Shown here: positions 41,301 to 53,249 of the stretch, one piece after another
Position numbering within the stretch: the stretch's first letter is position 1
Layout of the letters: each line of letters opens with the position of its first letter
Assembly (NCBI GenBank): GCA_963691875.1
Contig: OY829846.1
Location: 3,584,001-3,648,000, forward strand
Reading direction: 5' to 3'
Origin: Aureliella sp.
Lineage (GTDB): Bacteria > Planctomycetota > Planctomycetia > Pirellulales > Pirellulaceae
Length of the DNA stretch: 64,000 nucleotides
The notes under the pieces: model-generated
Database searches by the model: none
What the model was told of the DNA's origin: nothing
Seen by the model: only the letters and a program-made list of their open reading frames with translations
Program-made: the position numbers and the translations under genes

Positions 41301-44002
41301 AGGACCTGTAGAGCATCGCGCACTAGGTCCAACTGCTCATCCCGTCGTTTCTCGTCGTCTTCTTCCAGAATTCTCTGCAGTGCTCTCTTCGTTTGCCCCA
41401 AGTCCCGGGCGAAGTCCCAGCTGGCAGATTCTGCGGCGCGGCGTAGCTCTCGACGCTGTTGAAGACTGTTCAAGAGACTCACGGCTGCCTCTTCCGCGTT
41501 TGACTCGGTACGTTGAAAGTCGCGCACAAGCTGGCCCGACGACTTGAGCTTCGATTCAAACCAATCGATTGCTCGCTTCTGATTTTCGAAGATATTTCCA
41601 TCGACATGAGTATCCAAAGCGCGAACTTCTAATGCCGATGCGTTAGCTTCGATTTGCTTGCGTAATGCCTCCACGCTTCCGCTCATTCGCTGACTTTCCA
41701 TGCCGCCAACGATTTGCCCCAATTGCTCTCCAAAAGCCCGATAACGCCCTTGGCTGCCAGATGAAACTTGGCCAACCTCCTTTTCGATGTCCTCCGCAAG
41801 AGAACGCAGCTGACGCAAGAGCACTTGGTGCTGTCGGGTAATACGATCCTTCGATGAATCATCCCTCAGCTGATTCACAAGTCCGCGCTGTGCTTGGGCA
41901 GCTTCCTTCAATAGCTTTGAATGCCGCCGCATGACATCCTGTGTTACCAGAGCTCGTACATTCCGGGCGATATACTTCATATCAACGTGGAGAGACTTGA
42001 TCGCCTTTTGCGTTGCCTCGTCGTCTTGTTTCTCTTTGGCTTGCTCAAGCTCCCGCATCTCCGTATTCTCGATTTGGCTGAGCAGCTCGCCGACCAAGCG
42101 CATTTCCGATGTCGCTGCTGGATCGGAATTCGCTCGTGCTGCCGCGCGATGGAGCCTTGTCAATTCGGCACTTGCAGCCTTCATGGTTTCCATCGTCTGA
42201 TCAGCCAAGCGTTTGACTTGCTCCAAAGTCATCTGCTTGTCTTTTTCTGGAGCGTTCTTCTCAAGTTCTACAGCTACGCTCTCCAGCTTCTCAGCCAAGT
42301 CGCGTCGCGTCTGATCCGCCTCGCTCTGACTCAGATCAAGCGAGCGAGAGGACAGATAAACAGTCCTCTTTTCCGTGGCAACAGAGTGACCATGCTGATC
42401 AACGGCTCGCACCCAGGTCTCTAGATAGTCACCCGCCTGCAACTTCATCGGTAGCAAATCGGTCGACCAGCCGTGGCGATACCTGGCTTGCCAATCCGAC
42501 TCATCAGATCCCACGCTGGCGGCAAGTCGCGATACAGCAAAGTTGAGCTCACGCGACTGCACCTCGCCCGAGTTGACTCGATACTCTTGCGCGAGCTTGG
42601 CCAAAGCCAACTCGTCACTTGCCCGAACTTCCCAAGTAAGGATTTCTTCAATGCCCGCCGTAAGCGTTGGTTCCTGCGGCACTTCCCAGCGGACAGCAGG
42701 CTCGAGATCATCAACGCAAGTGATATCGTAGCTCTCGCTGTATTCGTTCGAGAACCCAGACTCCTCCGCAGTAATGGCTACGCGGTAACGAAGACTCTCA
42801 GTCACTTCGAAGGAAGTCGCGTACAGTTGCCGCTCAGGATCCCACTGCAGATCCACGCTTTTCGGGCCTTCTGGAACTTCGAGCCAGAGTAGAGCTGCTG
42901 ATGAAAGTTTTTGGTCCGCGCGGATCGCAAGTGTCACACGACTACCTGCCAGCACAGTGATATCGCCACGTGGCGATCTGAACTGTCTAGTCGATTCCGA
43001 TGCGTAGTCCGGCAATCGAACTTGGAATGCAAACTCCTCTACACTAGGCCGCGGCATTGTGCGTAAGCGATGCCAAGCTGTACTTGCGGAACCCGAAACC
43101 ACCCGATAGTCAACAAACGATTGCTCAACAGATAGAGTCGACTCAAAAGTGCTCTCCCTGCGCTCGTCATCGTTTGGTTTTTCCTCTACGGCCAGAGTTT
43201 CCGCAGGAGGGGAACTCTCCAGCAAAGTCATCGCGATACGGTCACTCGACATTTCGTTCCGTGTCTCCAGCCACACGTCGGCTGATCGTCGGCCCTCGAC
43301 TCGGGCTCGAACCGCAATCACATCGTCCTCAGCGACGATACCAGAAGCCGGACTAGGCAACTCGATCTCAATCGCGATATCGCTAATGCGGCCTAGGTTT
43401 GCAAAGGGGAAAAGTGTTCGCGCGATTCGCTGCGGCAAATGCAAGCTGGGCACAAAGCACAATAAAACCACTGCTGCGAGAGCCAACACACCTCCGGCAA
43501 GTGCTCGCTGGATGCTTTGCCAACGCAAGAGCTGCGATGGATTCACGCCGCCCATTTCAGCAGCAACCTCCCTCTGCAACTCCGCCTGGAAGGCCAACGA
43601 ACCGGGGGAGTGCGCGGACCATTGTTCAGAGAGCTCCACAGCGCTGAGCAGCCGATCCTCCAACTCAGGTGCATGCGATTCCATAACACCGGCTTCCTGA
43701 CTGATTGAAGCCAGCTTGAAAAACTCTCGGCAGAACACGACAGCCGCAGCTACAGTCGACACGTAAAACAGAATCGCAGAAAACCACCGAGCAACTGGAT
43801 GCACGATCAAACCATCGACCAGGACAGCAACAAGCAGCGCTGCACATGCAACGGCCACGGTCAAAGCTAAGCCTCTCGTCATGCCGATCAATCGTCGGCG
43901 CCGCCCAAATCGCGAAATCTTATCACGAGTACTCTCCGCCAGCTCGACGCGCGAGGGTGTTGTTTGACGGGGGGGTGAAACCAAATTCGACGCAATGCTC
44001 AT
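38312..44002 (-). CDS. Giant membrane-anchored coiled-coil protein (DUF4175-like)
   Basis: Three N-terminal TM helices, [13 protein letters not shown], Ig-like region, long E/Q/A coiled coil, Q/S low-complexity stretch, WGKL...VDAYF C-terminus; ATGA overlap sets start at 44002. Confidence 0.85.
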   Translation of the reverse strand: MSIASNLVSPPRQTTPSRVELAESTRDKISRFGRRRRLIGMTRGLALTVAVACAALLVAVLVDGLIVHPVARWFSAILFYVSTVAAAVVFCREFFKLASISQEAGVMESHAPELEDRLLSAVELSEQWSAHSPGSLAFQAELQREVAAEMGGVNPSQLLRWQSIQRALAGGVLALAAVVLLCFVPSLHLPQRIARTLFPFANLGRISDIAIEIELPSPASGIVAEDDVIAVRARVEGRRSADVWLETRNEMSSDRIAMTLLESSPPAETLAVEEKPNDDERRESTFESTLSVEQSFVDYRVVSGSASTAWHRLRTMPRPSVEEFAFQVRLPDYASESTRQFRSPRGDITVLAGSRVTLAIRADQKLSSAALLWLEVPEGPKSVDLQWDPERQLYATSFEVTESLRYRVAITAEESGFSNEYSESYDITCVDDLEPAVRWEVPQEPTLTAGIEEILTWEVRASDELALAKLAQEYRVNSGEVQSRELNFAVSRLAASVGSDESDWQARYRHGWSTDLLPMKLQAGDYLETWVRAVDQHGHSVATEKRTVYLSSRSLDLSQSEADQTRRDLAEKLESVAVELEKNAPEKDKQMTLEQVKRLADQTMETMKAASAELTRLHRAAARANSDPAATSEMRLVGELLSQIENTEMRELEQAKEKQDDEATQKAIKSLHVDMKYIARNVRALVTQDVMRRHSKLLKEAAQAQRGLVNQLRDDSSKDRITRQHQVLLRQLRSLAEDIEKEVGQVSSGSQGRYRAFGEQLGQIVGGMESQRMSGSVEALRKQIEANASALEVRALDTHVDGNIFENQKRAIDWFESKLKSSGQLVRDFQRTESNAEEAAVSLLNSLQQRRELRRAAESASWDFARDLGQTKRALQRILEEDDEKRRDEQLDLVRDALQVLELANELQESSAILSKLTRDERWQLNSVDTRTDSPRNWEALQKRLEQAARQAHEASIDSPLIQSIEKLRWDKPAQEASQRIASRRWDRSEPKSAASDLMKLAEQLSGVQTELKPAVEKAREIIDEAAPTISELAKEAAEKTKELSEDTERLSQEVEEQSPEANEVELAQLEQQKDRLQSPMQELREALVDRAETHDLLDAEELDHARADDAGLQIVDRAREQTNESLDEIPDGNATKQEQKQALVEAAGKQADAAEALEQLANIFEPNSNESSEANSTPQENSDMARLEQIAQEMSQQQEGLESNSAFDQAESLAELAEMNSQELLEALERELQTDQPMQSAMSDIAKAAAERALEDLQQAARKQQELTNALEDSDAKLKARKQLLAHDLNSARTQARDTLQNLVQEANNAARQAKQPESAEALQDAADKLSAASENAKPTNGESMESMQQKAKEFSEALENAGQRLAEAQQGLLEAQAERIHDNGADLNNRRRETRDRQARTKQTDERQLRQAESQASAARRQAEQQLQQAKRQTDQQQRNLDQLNRRAEKSNDPDAMAAQQERQQNQVAAAESRQQAAEQLAEKLKQREQQAKKQLEQSRARPEAKLESENPAAEFASDLLEQAQERTEGLAKNLGDWAQSEQPVAEASANQLASSARKQGDVQEEVEQAADDLGRASRHEERLDNQESGEALAAVAGQANEAAASALGDSQQAMQEAAAQAMASPSQQASSSQTSDAQQAGQSGEEAIRDAAESLEQLLAQQSAQSQGQSEGAQGDSQQQGQGAQSQNAQLPDAQSRAQNSPQSQSANQPSSQSAQSSTASNSQRQQQGSPSKANSPSSSATSPLANLSPQEKAQLLDELDRQMSQSDANLGQQDNNSQNPMQSSAKMPPGTLAQAAKQLAMQLSRSQAMPQNQPTPSEDLGMATESTMANVDPQGPVDVSVTRVNRVDGDWGKLRDQKAEGAIETKRSTLAPHIQAQVDAYFRSVAKESAKQ

Positions 44003-46368
44003 ATCAATCCGGCCCTTTTTCGTAAGCCCCATTCTACAACTAGTAGAAGAATCGCCGCACAAAACCACCAATAGGATTGCCATAAAATCATCGTCGACAG
44101 CAGGATTTTGCCGCCACTGCGAGGACGAATGGCTTGAATCAACTCTTCCATCTCGCCCTCACCGAAATACTCTCCGCCACTTCGCTCGGCGATCTCCTGC
44201 AGCAAGCCGACGTTGCATGTCGTCGCGCTCATTTCCAAACTGACTGGCTGCAGAACGCCAAACTCGGACTCCAGACGCAACGCCTCAGCGGGAAAGCCAG
44301 CGGCTTCCAAACGGACCCGATAATCCCCAGCTGGCAAGTCGCCGGCTAGAGCACGATAGCTACCCTCCACTTCGGAATGCTCCCCCAAGACAAATCGTCG
44401 TTGCTTACCGCTAGAGTCCTCGACGACTGCTGTGACAGTTTGACCACTCCGAGGCATTCCGCTGTCGTCTCGGAGTCGGCATCGGATCTCCACGGACTCA
44501 CCGACTGCGTAACTGGGATCCCCAGTGTCCAAGGCGATGTAGTCGTTACTTTGGCTGTAAGGCTGCGACATCGTCCAGCGAACCCATTGATTCCAGATCC
44601 TCGTATGAACCTTATCAGCCTCCTCGAAACGCCAACGCCAAGTTTCATCCGTGGCAAAGTACAGAACACGCCCAGCTCCAGAACGCCGCGTCACCATCAA
44701 TGGATGAGTCGTATTTCCACGCTTCGCCTCCAGAAGGACTTCAGCGCCAAGCTGAGGTTCCACAGCTGCCAGAAAATCGACTTCAGGAAGCTCCTGCCAA
44801 AAACTTGAACTGGCTGCTGAATCTTCGTCCAACTGCAAGGCAGCTAGTTGTTCGCCAAGCTCAGTTGGCTCCACATTCCATTTTCCCTCCAACATGGACT
44901 CATTCCATCGCACCGGAAAAACTTCACGCAGAGCCTCATAACCTTCGTCCTTCAGATTTCCTCGCACACCATCGATGCAGATCAGCCCGCTGCCACGAAT
45001 GCTAACGAATTCGGCAAGATGCTCGAGAAACTCCGCGGGCAGTCGCCCAGGTGGCACATCGCCAAGGAAAACCAGGTCGTATTCAAACAAGTCCGCTTTC
45101 GTAAGCGGCAGTTCGTTAGTGGCGGCACTCGCAACAGATCTCTCGTTGCCCTCGGTAGTCAGGGCGTCATCACCGAGTAGCGAGTAGTCGGGCTTCAAAA
45201 TCACGCTCTTCAGTTCCCAGCTCGCATCGCGCGTGAACATGTTTTTGATGTAGCGCGTCTCCCAACGGCTGCGTCCGTCAACAAGCAGCAACTTGGCCCG
45301 CTGGGTAATTACCGAAGTGTACGCGGCTCGCGTGTTGTTACTTTCGATGCGATCATCAAGCGACTTCACTCGCACTTCCAACTTTACCGGTAGCGCGGCA
45401 TACTCCACGGAAGCATTCGCAGTCTTCGCAATGTCGAGCAGTTTTTGAACCGGAAACGAAAACGCGACCTTGCGAGCACTCTTGGCTTTCGAGGAAATGC
45501 TCTGCTCCCAAACAACCTCCCCAGAGTAATCCACCTGCACCGAATAGGATCGGCCTTTTGGAATCCTCTCGGCAATGGTGGCTGTGCCAAACAAATTGCC
45601 TTCAGAAAAGATCCGAGTCGCCGTCTGCACTTCGGCGACGTGCAGATCAGGCGTTTCCTCTGCAGGTCCGAAGCCAAGTGAAAAAACCGAAACGCCTTCT
45701 GGCAAATCCTCTGCAGTCGCAATAGGCGATGCGCCTGTGTTGTTTTGCCCGTCGGTTAAAAGGACGACAACCTTGTTGTTATCTGATCCTACCTCGCTTT
45801 TGCCGATGTTCTGTAAAGCGTTTCCAATGGCTGTCGAGGTGGAAAGCGATGTGTCGGAAACGAGAGCCGACGATTCAGGCAGAACAGGATTCTCGCCAGT
45901 TGGAGCTTCTAAGTCCTGCTGCCATTCTCTCTCCTCGCTCGAATCCCACAGAAACCGCAGTTCTCCGTCGTCACCGATGCTCTGAACACTCACATCAAAG
46001 CGATCTTGAAGTGCAGCTATCAATCCTGCCTCACCTCCGAGACTCTTTTCCGCTCGCTGAAGACGACCCAGCGCGTAAGGCCTGTCACCCTCAATCAGAC
46101 TCATGCTCTCCGAAGTATCAATGGCCAGGATCACTTTCCCCGGCTGGCCTTCGCGCTGTTCCGATTCAATGATCGGTTCCAAAAGTGTCAGTACGATCAA
46201 GGCAACGGCAACCGCGCGCAGGCTGGGAAGTATCCAGTCCAACGGCTTCGTGACGCTACCCTGCGTCTCCCTTCGGTAGAGCCACCAGGCAAGTCCACCA
46301 AGCAGAAACGCCAGTGAAAACCCTCCGAACACTGGAATATCAGACAAAAATTGAAGTGAGCCAACCAT
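43999..46368 (-). CDS. VWA-domain membrane protein with GATase-like fold
   Basis: DTSESM MIDAS, TAIG, LLTDG, RWETRYI, GAGRVL..TDETWRWR, C-terminal VEWGLRKRAGL; TGATG overlap sets start. Confidence 0.88.
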   Translation of the reverse strand: MVGSLQFLSDIPVFGGFSLAFLLGGLAWWLYRRETQGSVTKPLDWILPSLRAVAVALIVLTLLEPIIESEQREGQPGKVILAIDTSESMSLIEGDRPYALGRLQRAEKSLGGEAGLIAALQDRFDVSVQSIGDDGELRFLWDSSEEREWQQDLEAPTGENPVLPESSALVSDTSLSTSTAIGNALQNIGKSEVGSDNNKVVVLLTDGQNNTGASPIATAEDLPEGVSVFSLGFGPAEETPDLHVAEVQTATRIFSEGNLFGTATIAERIPKGRSYSVQVDYSGEVVWEQSISSKAKSARKVAFSFPVQKLLDIAKTANASVEYAALPVKLEVRVKSLDDRIESNNTRAAYTSVITQRAKLLLVDGRSRWETRYIKNMFTRDASWELKSVILKPDYSLLGDDALTTEGNERSVASAATNELPLTKADLFEYDLVFLGDVPPGRLPAEFLEHLAEFVSIRGSGLICIDGVRGNLKDEGYEALREVFPVRWNESMLEGKWNVEPTELGEQLAALQLDEDSAASSSFWQELPEVDFLAAVEPQLGAEVLLEAKRGNTTHPLMVTRRSGAGRVLYFATDETWRWRFEEADKVHTRIWNQWVRWTMSQPYSQSNDYIALDTGDPSYAVGESVEIRCRLRDDSGMPRSGQTVTAVVEDSSGKQRRFVLGEHSEVEGSYRALAGDLPAGDYRVRLEAAGFPAEALRLESEFGVLQPVSLEMSATTCNVGLLQEIAERSGGEYFGEGEMEELIQAIRPRSGGKILLSTMILWQSYWWFCAAILLLVVEWGLRKRAGLI

Positions 46369-48521
46369 CAGATTGCTCCCTTCGTGATCAACCGACCAAG
46401 CAGGATCTCTGCAAAAAGTAACACCAGCAAACCTATCAATAGCCAACGCCAGATCTCGCGACCGTTTACTTTTAGGCTCGCACTACGCTCGTACTCCTGC
46501 GAATCCTTCACCAGAGTCGCCCCAAGCGATCCGCACAGCTCCTGCAACTCGGTCGCAGACAGCAAAGTCGGATCCGACTCAGACGTATCGGATTGCACAG
46601 TAAACTGCGACGGCTTCGCAGCTACCTGCTCTTCTGCAGCCTGCCGATACAAACCTGGTGCCATAACCGCTACCTGACTACTTAAGCCGTCGGAACCGAA
46701 AGGCAGCTCGAGGCCCTCGCGCTGGTGCATGAACTTGCCTTCTTGCGCTGCATCGTGCTGAATCTGCACCGTTGCGCCTGCAGTTAGGTTGGGCGACACA
46801 TCGCCGCGACAGGCCATCTTGGCAAGCTGCTGAATCAAGGGAACGAATACTGGCCTCTGGGGTAAGTTTGACCAACTCTCGAGCAGTGAAAATGCACATT
46901 GCACCACCATGCCGTCGCCCGCGCGACAAACCTGCACGGCGGGAGAACCATCCTCGAATCGCAGCGCTGTGTAACTGCTACCGGCTGTCTTCTCGTTAGC
47001 TGCCTCCGCAACGATTGGTCGCCAAGACTTGAAGTCGAGAGAGAACAAATCACCGGCCTCGCTCCCATTGAAGATACTAAACCCCGGCGTTTGAATCGTT
47101 TCGCGAAGAAGCTTCATTTTGCCTTGCCCAGCAGATCGGTTGGCCAAAGTGTTTTCATACTGAGCTGGAAGCATTCCTGCCTCACGCCACGACTCGTACC
47201 AGCGCGAATCCATTTCGCCGCCCGCGAAAATCAGCAGACCACCACCTTCAAGTACAAATTCTTGCAGCGCTTCCGTTGCTTTGGGAGGTAGTTCAGAAGT
47301 GCCTTCGAGTATCACCAACTCAGGTTCTTCCCGGAACTTCAGATGCAAAACACCACCAACGGAATTCGTCACGCGAAAACGGTTCTCGGTTGTATTTTCT
47401 TCCCCGAAAGGCATCAGAGCAAGACGCAAGAAATCCCCGGCGTCTCGCGTTCTTTGCGCTCCCGGCACGCGAACTACACGCACAGGATCTTCTACTTGAA
47501 CAATCAATTCAGCCCGATCATCGCCTGGCATTCCACCGATGTCTTGCAGCGAAGCACTCAAATTGTGCCAGCCCATCGTGTCAAACTCGCAAGCAAGGCT
47601 CAGCTGTTCACTTGCCCCGGGCGCCAGAGACAATCGCTCCGATGCAACCGCTCGACCATCGACCTCAAAGAAGACTTCTAGATCTCGCTGAGTTTCGCCA
47701 TCATCTGCTGCAGCGAAACGCTTCACCGTAACGGAAAATCGCTTCGCTTGCCCGGGAATCATTCGAAAATCCTCAGGCTCCTCGAAGCGAACGGAGATAT
47801 TTTCGCCAGCGCTGCCCGGTTGCAATGAAAGCAACGTCAACTGCATCGGCGGATTGGCCTCTTCCAGCCTTTCGCGTAGCGCTGCGAGAGACGCTGCATC
47901 GACTCCCGACCAATCAGCTGCCCGAAAGTCACTTGCAAGGACCAACTGCTTGTTCGTACTGGTCGCATCACGTAGCTGATCTATGGCTGCCTCCAAACTT
48001 GAAACCGGATCGCTACGACCAGCCATCGGACGCACTTCACTTAGCCCACGAGCGAAACGACTATCATCAACAGTCGTTCCCTCAAAGGGCGAAACCTGCC
48101 GACTTAGTAGTGCTAAAGACTTTACCGAGCTTTTCCCCGCACCTGATACCGCAAGTAGTTCTCTTTTCGCACGTTCTGATGGAGTTAAACCTCCCGCCGG
48201 ATCACCCTGATCCATCGAGAAACTATCATCAAGTAGAAAGACGAATGCTCTTCCGCTTCCGCTAAGGCCCGCTAACTGCACGGCGGTAAGTACGGGCCGC
48301 GCGAGGCAGAATGCCAACAGGAGCGGAATGAGGCAGCGTATCAACAGCAGCAGCAACGACTCCCACTGCATCCGCCGCGAGTTGACCTGGATTGCTGACT
48401 CAAGCAGATGCATCGCACCCCAGTCGACGCTTTGAAAGCGCGTACGATTCAACAAGTGAATTAGTAGCGGTGCAAGAAACGCAGCAGCCCCGCCTAGCAA
48501 GAATATATTAAGAAAGCTCAT
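46368..48521 (-). CDS. BatA-domain and VWA-domain membrane protein
   Basis: MSFLN..APLLIHLLNR...WGAMHLL...LLLLIR..ARP (BatA), DDSFSM, ASDF, C-terminal TM. Confidence 0.9.
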   Translation of the reverse strand: MSFLNIFLLGGAAAFLAPLLIHLLNRTRFQSVDWGAMHLLESAIQVNSRRMQWESLLLLLIRCLIPLLLAFCLARPVLTAVQLAGLSGSGRAFVFLLDDSFSMDQGDPAGGLTPSERAKRELLAVSGAGKSSVKSLALLSRQVSPFEGTTVDDSRFARGLSEVRPMAGRSDPVSSLEAAIDQLRDATSTNKQLVLASDFRAADWSGVDAASLAALRERLEEANPPMQLTLLSLQPGSAGENISVRFEEPEDFRMIPGQAKRFSVTVKRFAAADDGETQRDLEVFFEVDGRAVASERLSLAPGASEQLSLACEFDTMGWHNLSASLQDIGGMPGDDRAELIVQVEDPVRVVRVPGAQRTRDAGDFLRLALMPFGEENTTENRFRVTNSVGGVLHLKFREEPELVILEGTSELPPKATEALQEFVLEGGGLLIFAGGEMDSRWYESWREAGMLPAQYENTLANRSAGQGKMKLLRETIQTPGFSIFNGSEAGDLFSLDFKSWRPIVAEAANEKTAGSSYTALRFEDGSPAVQVCRAGDGMVVQCAFSLLESWSNLPQRPVFVPLIQQLAKMACRGDVSPNLTAGATVQIQHDAAQEGKFMHQREGLELPFGSDGLSSQVAVMAPGLYRQAAEEQVAAKPSQFTVQSDTSESDPTLLSATELQELCGSLGATLVKDSQEYERSASLKVNGREIWRWLLIGLLVLLFAEILLGRLITKGAI

Positions 48522-49450
48522 TTCTTTTTAGCTTTCCCTCGCTGGCGTTTAGCTACCAAACGCTTAATCACTTCTCCGCAAGGCTCATCGGTCGTGCAAG
48601 TAACAAGGTCGATACGCAACTTCGACGTTTCGGTTTCTAACTGTTCGCGAAACTCTTCGACGCGTTTCAGGTAAGCTTTGCGGAGCGCGCCGGGATCCAG
48701 CAGGTGCTTGGATGCATTTTCCAATGAACGAAACTCAGTGCGGTTGCGAAAGGGAAACTCGAGTTCGTCCTGATCCCAGATCTGAAACAGGATGACATCG
48801 TGACCTTGATGCCGAAAATAGGCCAAGGATTTGGACAGACTTTCGATCGCGTCAAAGCAGTCTGAGATCAGAATCAGCATCCCGCGCCGCTTGACCTTCG
48901 ATGCGACTCTCTGCAGAGCCACACCCAATGAAGTCTCACCACCTGGCCGCGACGATGCTAAAACGCGGAGCAACAAGTTCATATGTCCCATGTTGGATCG
49001 CGGCGGTAGGTTCTGCTGCACATCGGTGTCCACCGTACTAAGCCCCACCGCATCCTGCTGAGAGAGCAATAGCATCGACATGCAAGCCGCTAGACGTACC
49101 GCGTACTCGTGCTTGGTGAGTCCGTCCGCCTTCTTGCCGCCATATTTCATCGAACCACTTTGGTCGAGCACAATCGTGGCTCGCAAGTTGGTTTCGTCTT
49201 CGTACTGGCGAATAAACAAACGATCCGATTTGCCGTACAGTTTCCAATCGATCGTACGCAACTCATCTCCGTGAACGTACTCGCGATGCTCCTTGAACTC
49301 GACACTTGAGCCTCGGAACGGCGAACGATGGCGACCACCTGTGACACCTTCCACCACACCGCGGGCAAATAGCTGCAAGCGATCGACAGCGTCGCGATCC
49401 TGCTCCGACAGATTGGCCGAAGAAGCTTTATCCTGAGACACGGAACTCAC
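48518..49450 (-). CDS. DUF58 domain protein
   Basis: GRHRSPFRGSSVEFKEHREY..GDELRTIDWK, DQSGSM, ISDCF. Confidence 0.94.
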   Translation of the reverse strand: MSSVSQDKASSANLSEQDRDAVDRLQLFARGVVEGVTGGRHRSPFRGSSVEFKEHREYVHGDELRTIDWKLYGKSDRLFIRQYEDETNLRATIVLDQSGSMKYGGKKADGLTKHEYAVRLAACMSMLLLSQQDAVGLSTVDTDVQQNLPPRSNMGHMNLLLRVLASSRPGGETSLGVALQRVASKVKRRGMLILISDCFDAIESLSKSLAYFRHQGHDVILFQIWDQDELEFPFRNRTEFRSLENASKHLLDPGALRKAYLKRVEEFREQLETETSKLRIDLVTCTTDEPCGEVIKRLVAKRQRGKAKKK

Positions 49451-49456
49451 AGCAGC

Positions 49457-50470
49457 CTATTTGCTCCCTAGGTCCTGCAGAGCACGAGCGACTAAGTCGT
49501 CCGCGATCAAGCCTTCCGAATCTGCTGAAAAACTCGGAACAATTCGATGTCGCAACACGGGAGCCGCCAAGAAATGTAGATCCTCGATGCCGACATGATA
49601 CCGCCCGGTCAGCAAGGCCCGGGCTTTCGAGGCCAAAACGAGTTGCTGCGAAGCACGAGGCCCTGGCCCCCAGTCCAGCATGTCAGCCGTCCAAGGCAAT
49701 GGACTATCGCCGCCAGGACGCAGACTACGTACGAGATCCAAAACGGCTTGTTTGACGTTGTCCGCCAGTGGAACCTTTCGAACCAGTTGCTGAAACTCGA
49801 TCATATCCTCGCCACGAATAACTGGTTTGAGACTGGTCGATGCGTCAGAAGTAGTCAGATCGATGATATCTGCTTCTTGATCGCGTGTCGGATAATCGAC
49901 CGTAACCTGGAAGAGAAAACGATCTCGCTGAGCTTCAGGCAGCGGATAGGTTCCTTCTTGTTCAATTGGATTCTGAGTCGCCAAAACGAAGAAGGGCTCG
50001 GCAAGTTTGTAAGTTGTACCGCCAACCGAAACTTCATGCTCCTGCATCGCTTCGAGCAACGCAGCTTGGGTCTTTGGTGGCGTACGATTGATCTCGTCAG
50101 CCAAAACCATCTGCGAAAAGATCGGCCCCTTTTCGAAAACGAGCTGACGCTGCCCGGTTTCTTTGGATTCCTGAATGATGTCCGTTCCAGTAATATCTGC
50201 GGGCATCAAGTCAGGCGTGAACTGAATACGGTGGAAGCTTAGATCCATGGCTTGAGCCAAAGATCGGATCATCAAAGTCTTAGCCAGTCCAGGCACGCCT
50301 TCCAACAAACAATGACCTCGAGCGAGCATGGCTATTAGCAGCTGCTCCATTACGCCATCCTGGCCGATAACCGCTTTGGCTACTTGCTCACGAACTCTAC
50401 CACACGTCTCCCGCAAACGTTCCGCAGCCGCGACATCTTCATGCTTGGATTCAAAAACTTCACTCGACAA
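49457..50470 (-). CDS. MoxR family AAA+ ATPase
   Basis: [65 protein letters not shown]. Confidence 0.96.
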   Translation of the reverse strand: MSSEVFESKHEDVAAAERLRETCGRVREQVAKAVIGQDGVMEQLLIAMLARGHCLLEGVPGLAKTLMIRSLAQAMDLSFHRIQFTPDLMPADITGTDIIQESKETGQRQLVFEKGPIFSQMVLADEINRTPPKTQAALLEAMQEHEVSVGGTTYKLAEPFFVLATQNPIEQEGTYPLPEAQRDRFLFQVTVDYPTRDQEADIIDLTTSDASTSLKPVIRGEDMIEFQQLVRKVPLADNVKQAVLDLVRSLRPGGDSPLPWTADMLDWGPGPRASQQLVLASKARALLTGRYHVGIEDLHFLAAPVLRHRIVPSFSADSEGLIADDLVARALQDLGSK

Positions 50471-50801
50471 AACGAACTCCTGAAAACTGGGGCAGGGCGT
50501 TAGATTCCGTTGCTGTAGCGACTGGCGAGGCAGGGAAGGGCGGGAAAAATGGCAGGAAAGTCAAAAATGTTCTCAGTATTGTAATCGAGTCTAGCAGGCC
50601 AGAGTTACCTACGAGATTGGTTCACCTACCCAATAGTGGGTAGGTCGAAAAAAGACTCCCACAGCGACACAAGACATCGACAAGCCCAGAAGCAATACAA
50701 AACCTGCTGCCGCAGTGAGCCACTGGTGCCTTGGCGCAGTCAGGCAAAGGGCGTTTGAGTTAAGATAGCGTCCCACTCTATCCGCTCGAGCTCTCCTCGC
50801 C

Positions 50802-53228
50802 ATGCTTCGCCTTATACTTCTGACTGTCGTCTCATCCGTCACGCCACTCACCGCGTCAGACGAGCCTCTCGAGGTCTTCTTAGCCCAACACTGCGTCCAT
50901 TGTCATGGCCCAGGGAATGCGGAACGTGACTTGCGAGTGGATATGCTTTCGCGCGAGTTCAAAAGTGGCAAAGATGCGCACCTGTGGGCCGAGATCGTCG
51001 AGCGAATCAATGCGGGTGAAATGCCGCCTAAGGAGGAGCCACAACCAACTGAGGATGAAATTGCCGAAGTAGTTTCAGCACTCAGTACTCGGATCCGCCA
51101 GGGACGAGCGGCGAGAATGGCCGCGCGGCCACCCGTCGCGCACTATCGGCTCAGTCGACAGGAGTATCAGAATACCGTCTACGATCTGCTTGGCGTGCGC
51201 TACGATGCATCTAAGCCTGGCGAACTCAATGCTGATCCGTTGTGGCATGGCTTTGAACGGATCGGCTCGCAGCTCTCGCTCTCCCCATCTCATGTGGAGC
51301 GTTACTACCGTGCGGCGGACATCGTTTTGTCTCGCGCGTTTCCTAAGAAGCCTGTAGAACCACGCAAGGTTCGCAAGACGGCCGCGGATCTCCGATATGG
51401 CGGGGGAAAAACGCAACAGCAGTACTTGGATCGTTTCGGAATCAAAAGATCGCTTCGCGCTCTGATTTTTCCTGGCCGATTGCAACCGGCATTTCGGTAC
51501 AACTGGTTCGGCCACTCGGGGCCAGAGCACAGTGGCCTTTACCGAGCGCGAATGCAAGTCAGTGGTATCCGCCCACCAGAGGGACAGATCGCTCACATGC
51601 GAATTGGCAAACGCCTGGCTGAAGACTCGAATGAAGGATTGGTCGAACTTGATGTGATCGCATCGGAGGATGAGCCAGAGATCCTGGAATTTGAAGTCTT
51701 GTTGGAAATGCCGGCCAGCTTGGATTTTCGAGTTGTCGCATCGGACATCATCGATCGCCGAAAAGGGGCTCACTATCGGAACGCCCTCTCCAGCCCCAAC
51801 TATATGTTCACGCACAGTAGTGAATCTACGCTTCTGAACCCGGTCGCGCCACAGATGTTCGACGAAGAGGGCAACGGGATTTTCTCATGCGTCTTGCTAG
51901 ATTGGATCGAGTGGGTAGGCCCCCTTCAGACAGAAGCTGAACGGGCTACTCGAGATGGTGTGTTTCCCGATGAGGGTGCTTCGGCAGAGATTGTGGCAAG
52001 GCATTTAAAGCAATTTGCCGAACGCGCGTGGCGCCGACCGGTTGGAACTGAGGAGCTTGGACCGTACCTTCGCGTTTACGATGCAGAGCGGAAGGAAGGC
52101 GAGGGAGTGTCGGACGCTCTTAAAATTGCGTTGGCCGGCATACTCACGTCGCGCCATTTTACCTACTTGGTCGAGGGAAGTCAGGAGACGCGCGAGCAAC
52201 TGAATGATTGGGAGTTGGCTTCACGACTCTCTTATTTCTTGTGGAGCTCAATGCCCGATCAAGAATTGTTCGATGCTGCACGAAATGGACTGGTGGACGA
52301 CAGTGATAGCCTTGCAGAGCAAGTAGACCGCATGCTTAGCGATCCGAAGATCGAACGTTTTGTTCAGGATTTTCCACGACAGTGGCTGCAACTGCATCGG
52401 CTTGGGATGTTCCCGCCTGACGCCAAACTCTATCCAGATTACGAAGTGTGGCTGGAGGCCAGCATGCGAGGCGAAGTGGTTCACTTCTTCGAGGAAGTAT
52501 TTCGGGGCAACCTGCCGATCAGTGAGTTCCTGCAATCTGATTGGACCATGGCCAACCCGCGGCTTTGCGAATTCTACGGATTACCCGAACCGAAATCGTC
52601 TGGCTTCCATCGCGTCGAGCTTGACCAAAACGACAATCGCGGAGGCTTGTTGACGATGGGCGCAATCCTTGGCTTAACCTCGGATGGGACGCGGCACAGA
52701 CCGGTGCACCGTGGAGTATGGGTGAGCGAATCGATTTTCGGAGCAACGCCGCCTCCGCCGCCAGCGAATGTTGAGCCGATCGAGCCGAATCCGCCGTCGA
52801 GCCCCAAAGCGACAATTCGCCAGAAACTCGAGGCTCACGCGAAGGACCCAAACTGTGCAGCTTGCCATCGCAATATCGATCCGCTGGGCTTCGCCTTCGA
52901 TCAATATGATGCGCTTGGGAGTTGGCGTACGCATGAGTTGGTGGAAGAGGGGACGGGCGCCAACCCGCCTGTAGACCCAACTGGCTCACTGCCTGATGGA
53001 CGCTCCTTTCAGGACGCAGGACAGTTCAAACAACTTTTGTTGGAAGACAAGGAGCGTTTTCTTAACGCCTTTGTCGAACATCTATGTACATACGCTCTTC
53101 GACGAGTGATGACTGTCGATGACCAAGAAAGTATGCAAAGTATTGTGGACGAGGCGAAAGCCAGGCAGTATCGCCTGAACGACATTGTTCGTGCAGTGGC
53201 ATTGTCTCACTTGATGCGGAAACGATAG
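50802..53228 (+). CDS. Planctomycete cytochrome c / DUF1587-DUF1595-DUF1592-DUF1588-DUF1585 protein
   Basis: CVHCH and MPP at N-terminus, [56 protein letters not shown]. Confidence 0.93.
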   Translation: MLRLILLTVVSSVTPLTASDEPLEVFLAQHCVHCHGPGNAERDLRVDMLSREFKSGKDAHLWAEIVERINAGEMPPKEEPQPTEDEIAEVVSALSTRIRQGRAARMAARPPVAHYRLSRQEYQNTVYDLLGVRYDASKPGELNADPLWHGFERIGSQLSLSPSHVERYYRAADIVLSRAFPKKPVEPRKVRKTAADLRYGGGKTQQQYLDRFGIKRSLRALIFPGRLQPAFRYNWFGHSGPEHSGLYRARMQVSGIRPPEGQIAHMRIGKRLAEDSNEGLVELDVIASEDEPEILEFEVLLEMPASLDFRVVASDIIDRRKGAHYRNALSSPNYMFTHSSESTLLNPVAPQMFDEEGNGIFSCVLLDWIEWVGPLQTEAERATRDGVFPDEGASAEIVARHLKQFAERAWRRPVGTEELGPYLRVYDAERKEGEGVSDALKIALAGILTSRHFTYLVEGSQETREQLNDWELASRLSYFLWSSMPDQELFDAARNGLVDDSDSLAEQVDRMLSDPKIERFVQDFPRQWLQLHRLGMFPPDAKLYPDYEVWLEASMRGEVVHFFEEVFRGNLPISEFLQSDWTMANPRLCEFYGLPEPKSSGFHRVELDQNDNRGGLLTMGAILGLTSDGTRHRPVHRGVWVSESIFGATPPPPPANVEPIEPNPPSSPKATIRQKLEAHAKDPNCAACHRNIDPLGFAFDQYDALGSWRTHELVEEGTGANPPVDPTGSLPDGRSFQDAGQFKQLLLEDKERFLNAFVEHLCTYALRRVMTVDDQESMQSIVDEAKARQYRLNDIVRAVALSHLMRKR

Positions 53229-53249
53229 GACTCGAGTACCAGCAGAGTT

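Noticed and set aside
38489..50242. Numerous long plus-strand ORFs antisense to the MoxR operon
   Set aside because: Shadow ORFs from codon bias and low-complexity coding on the opposite strand; no recognisable motifs.
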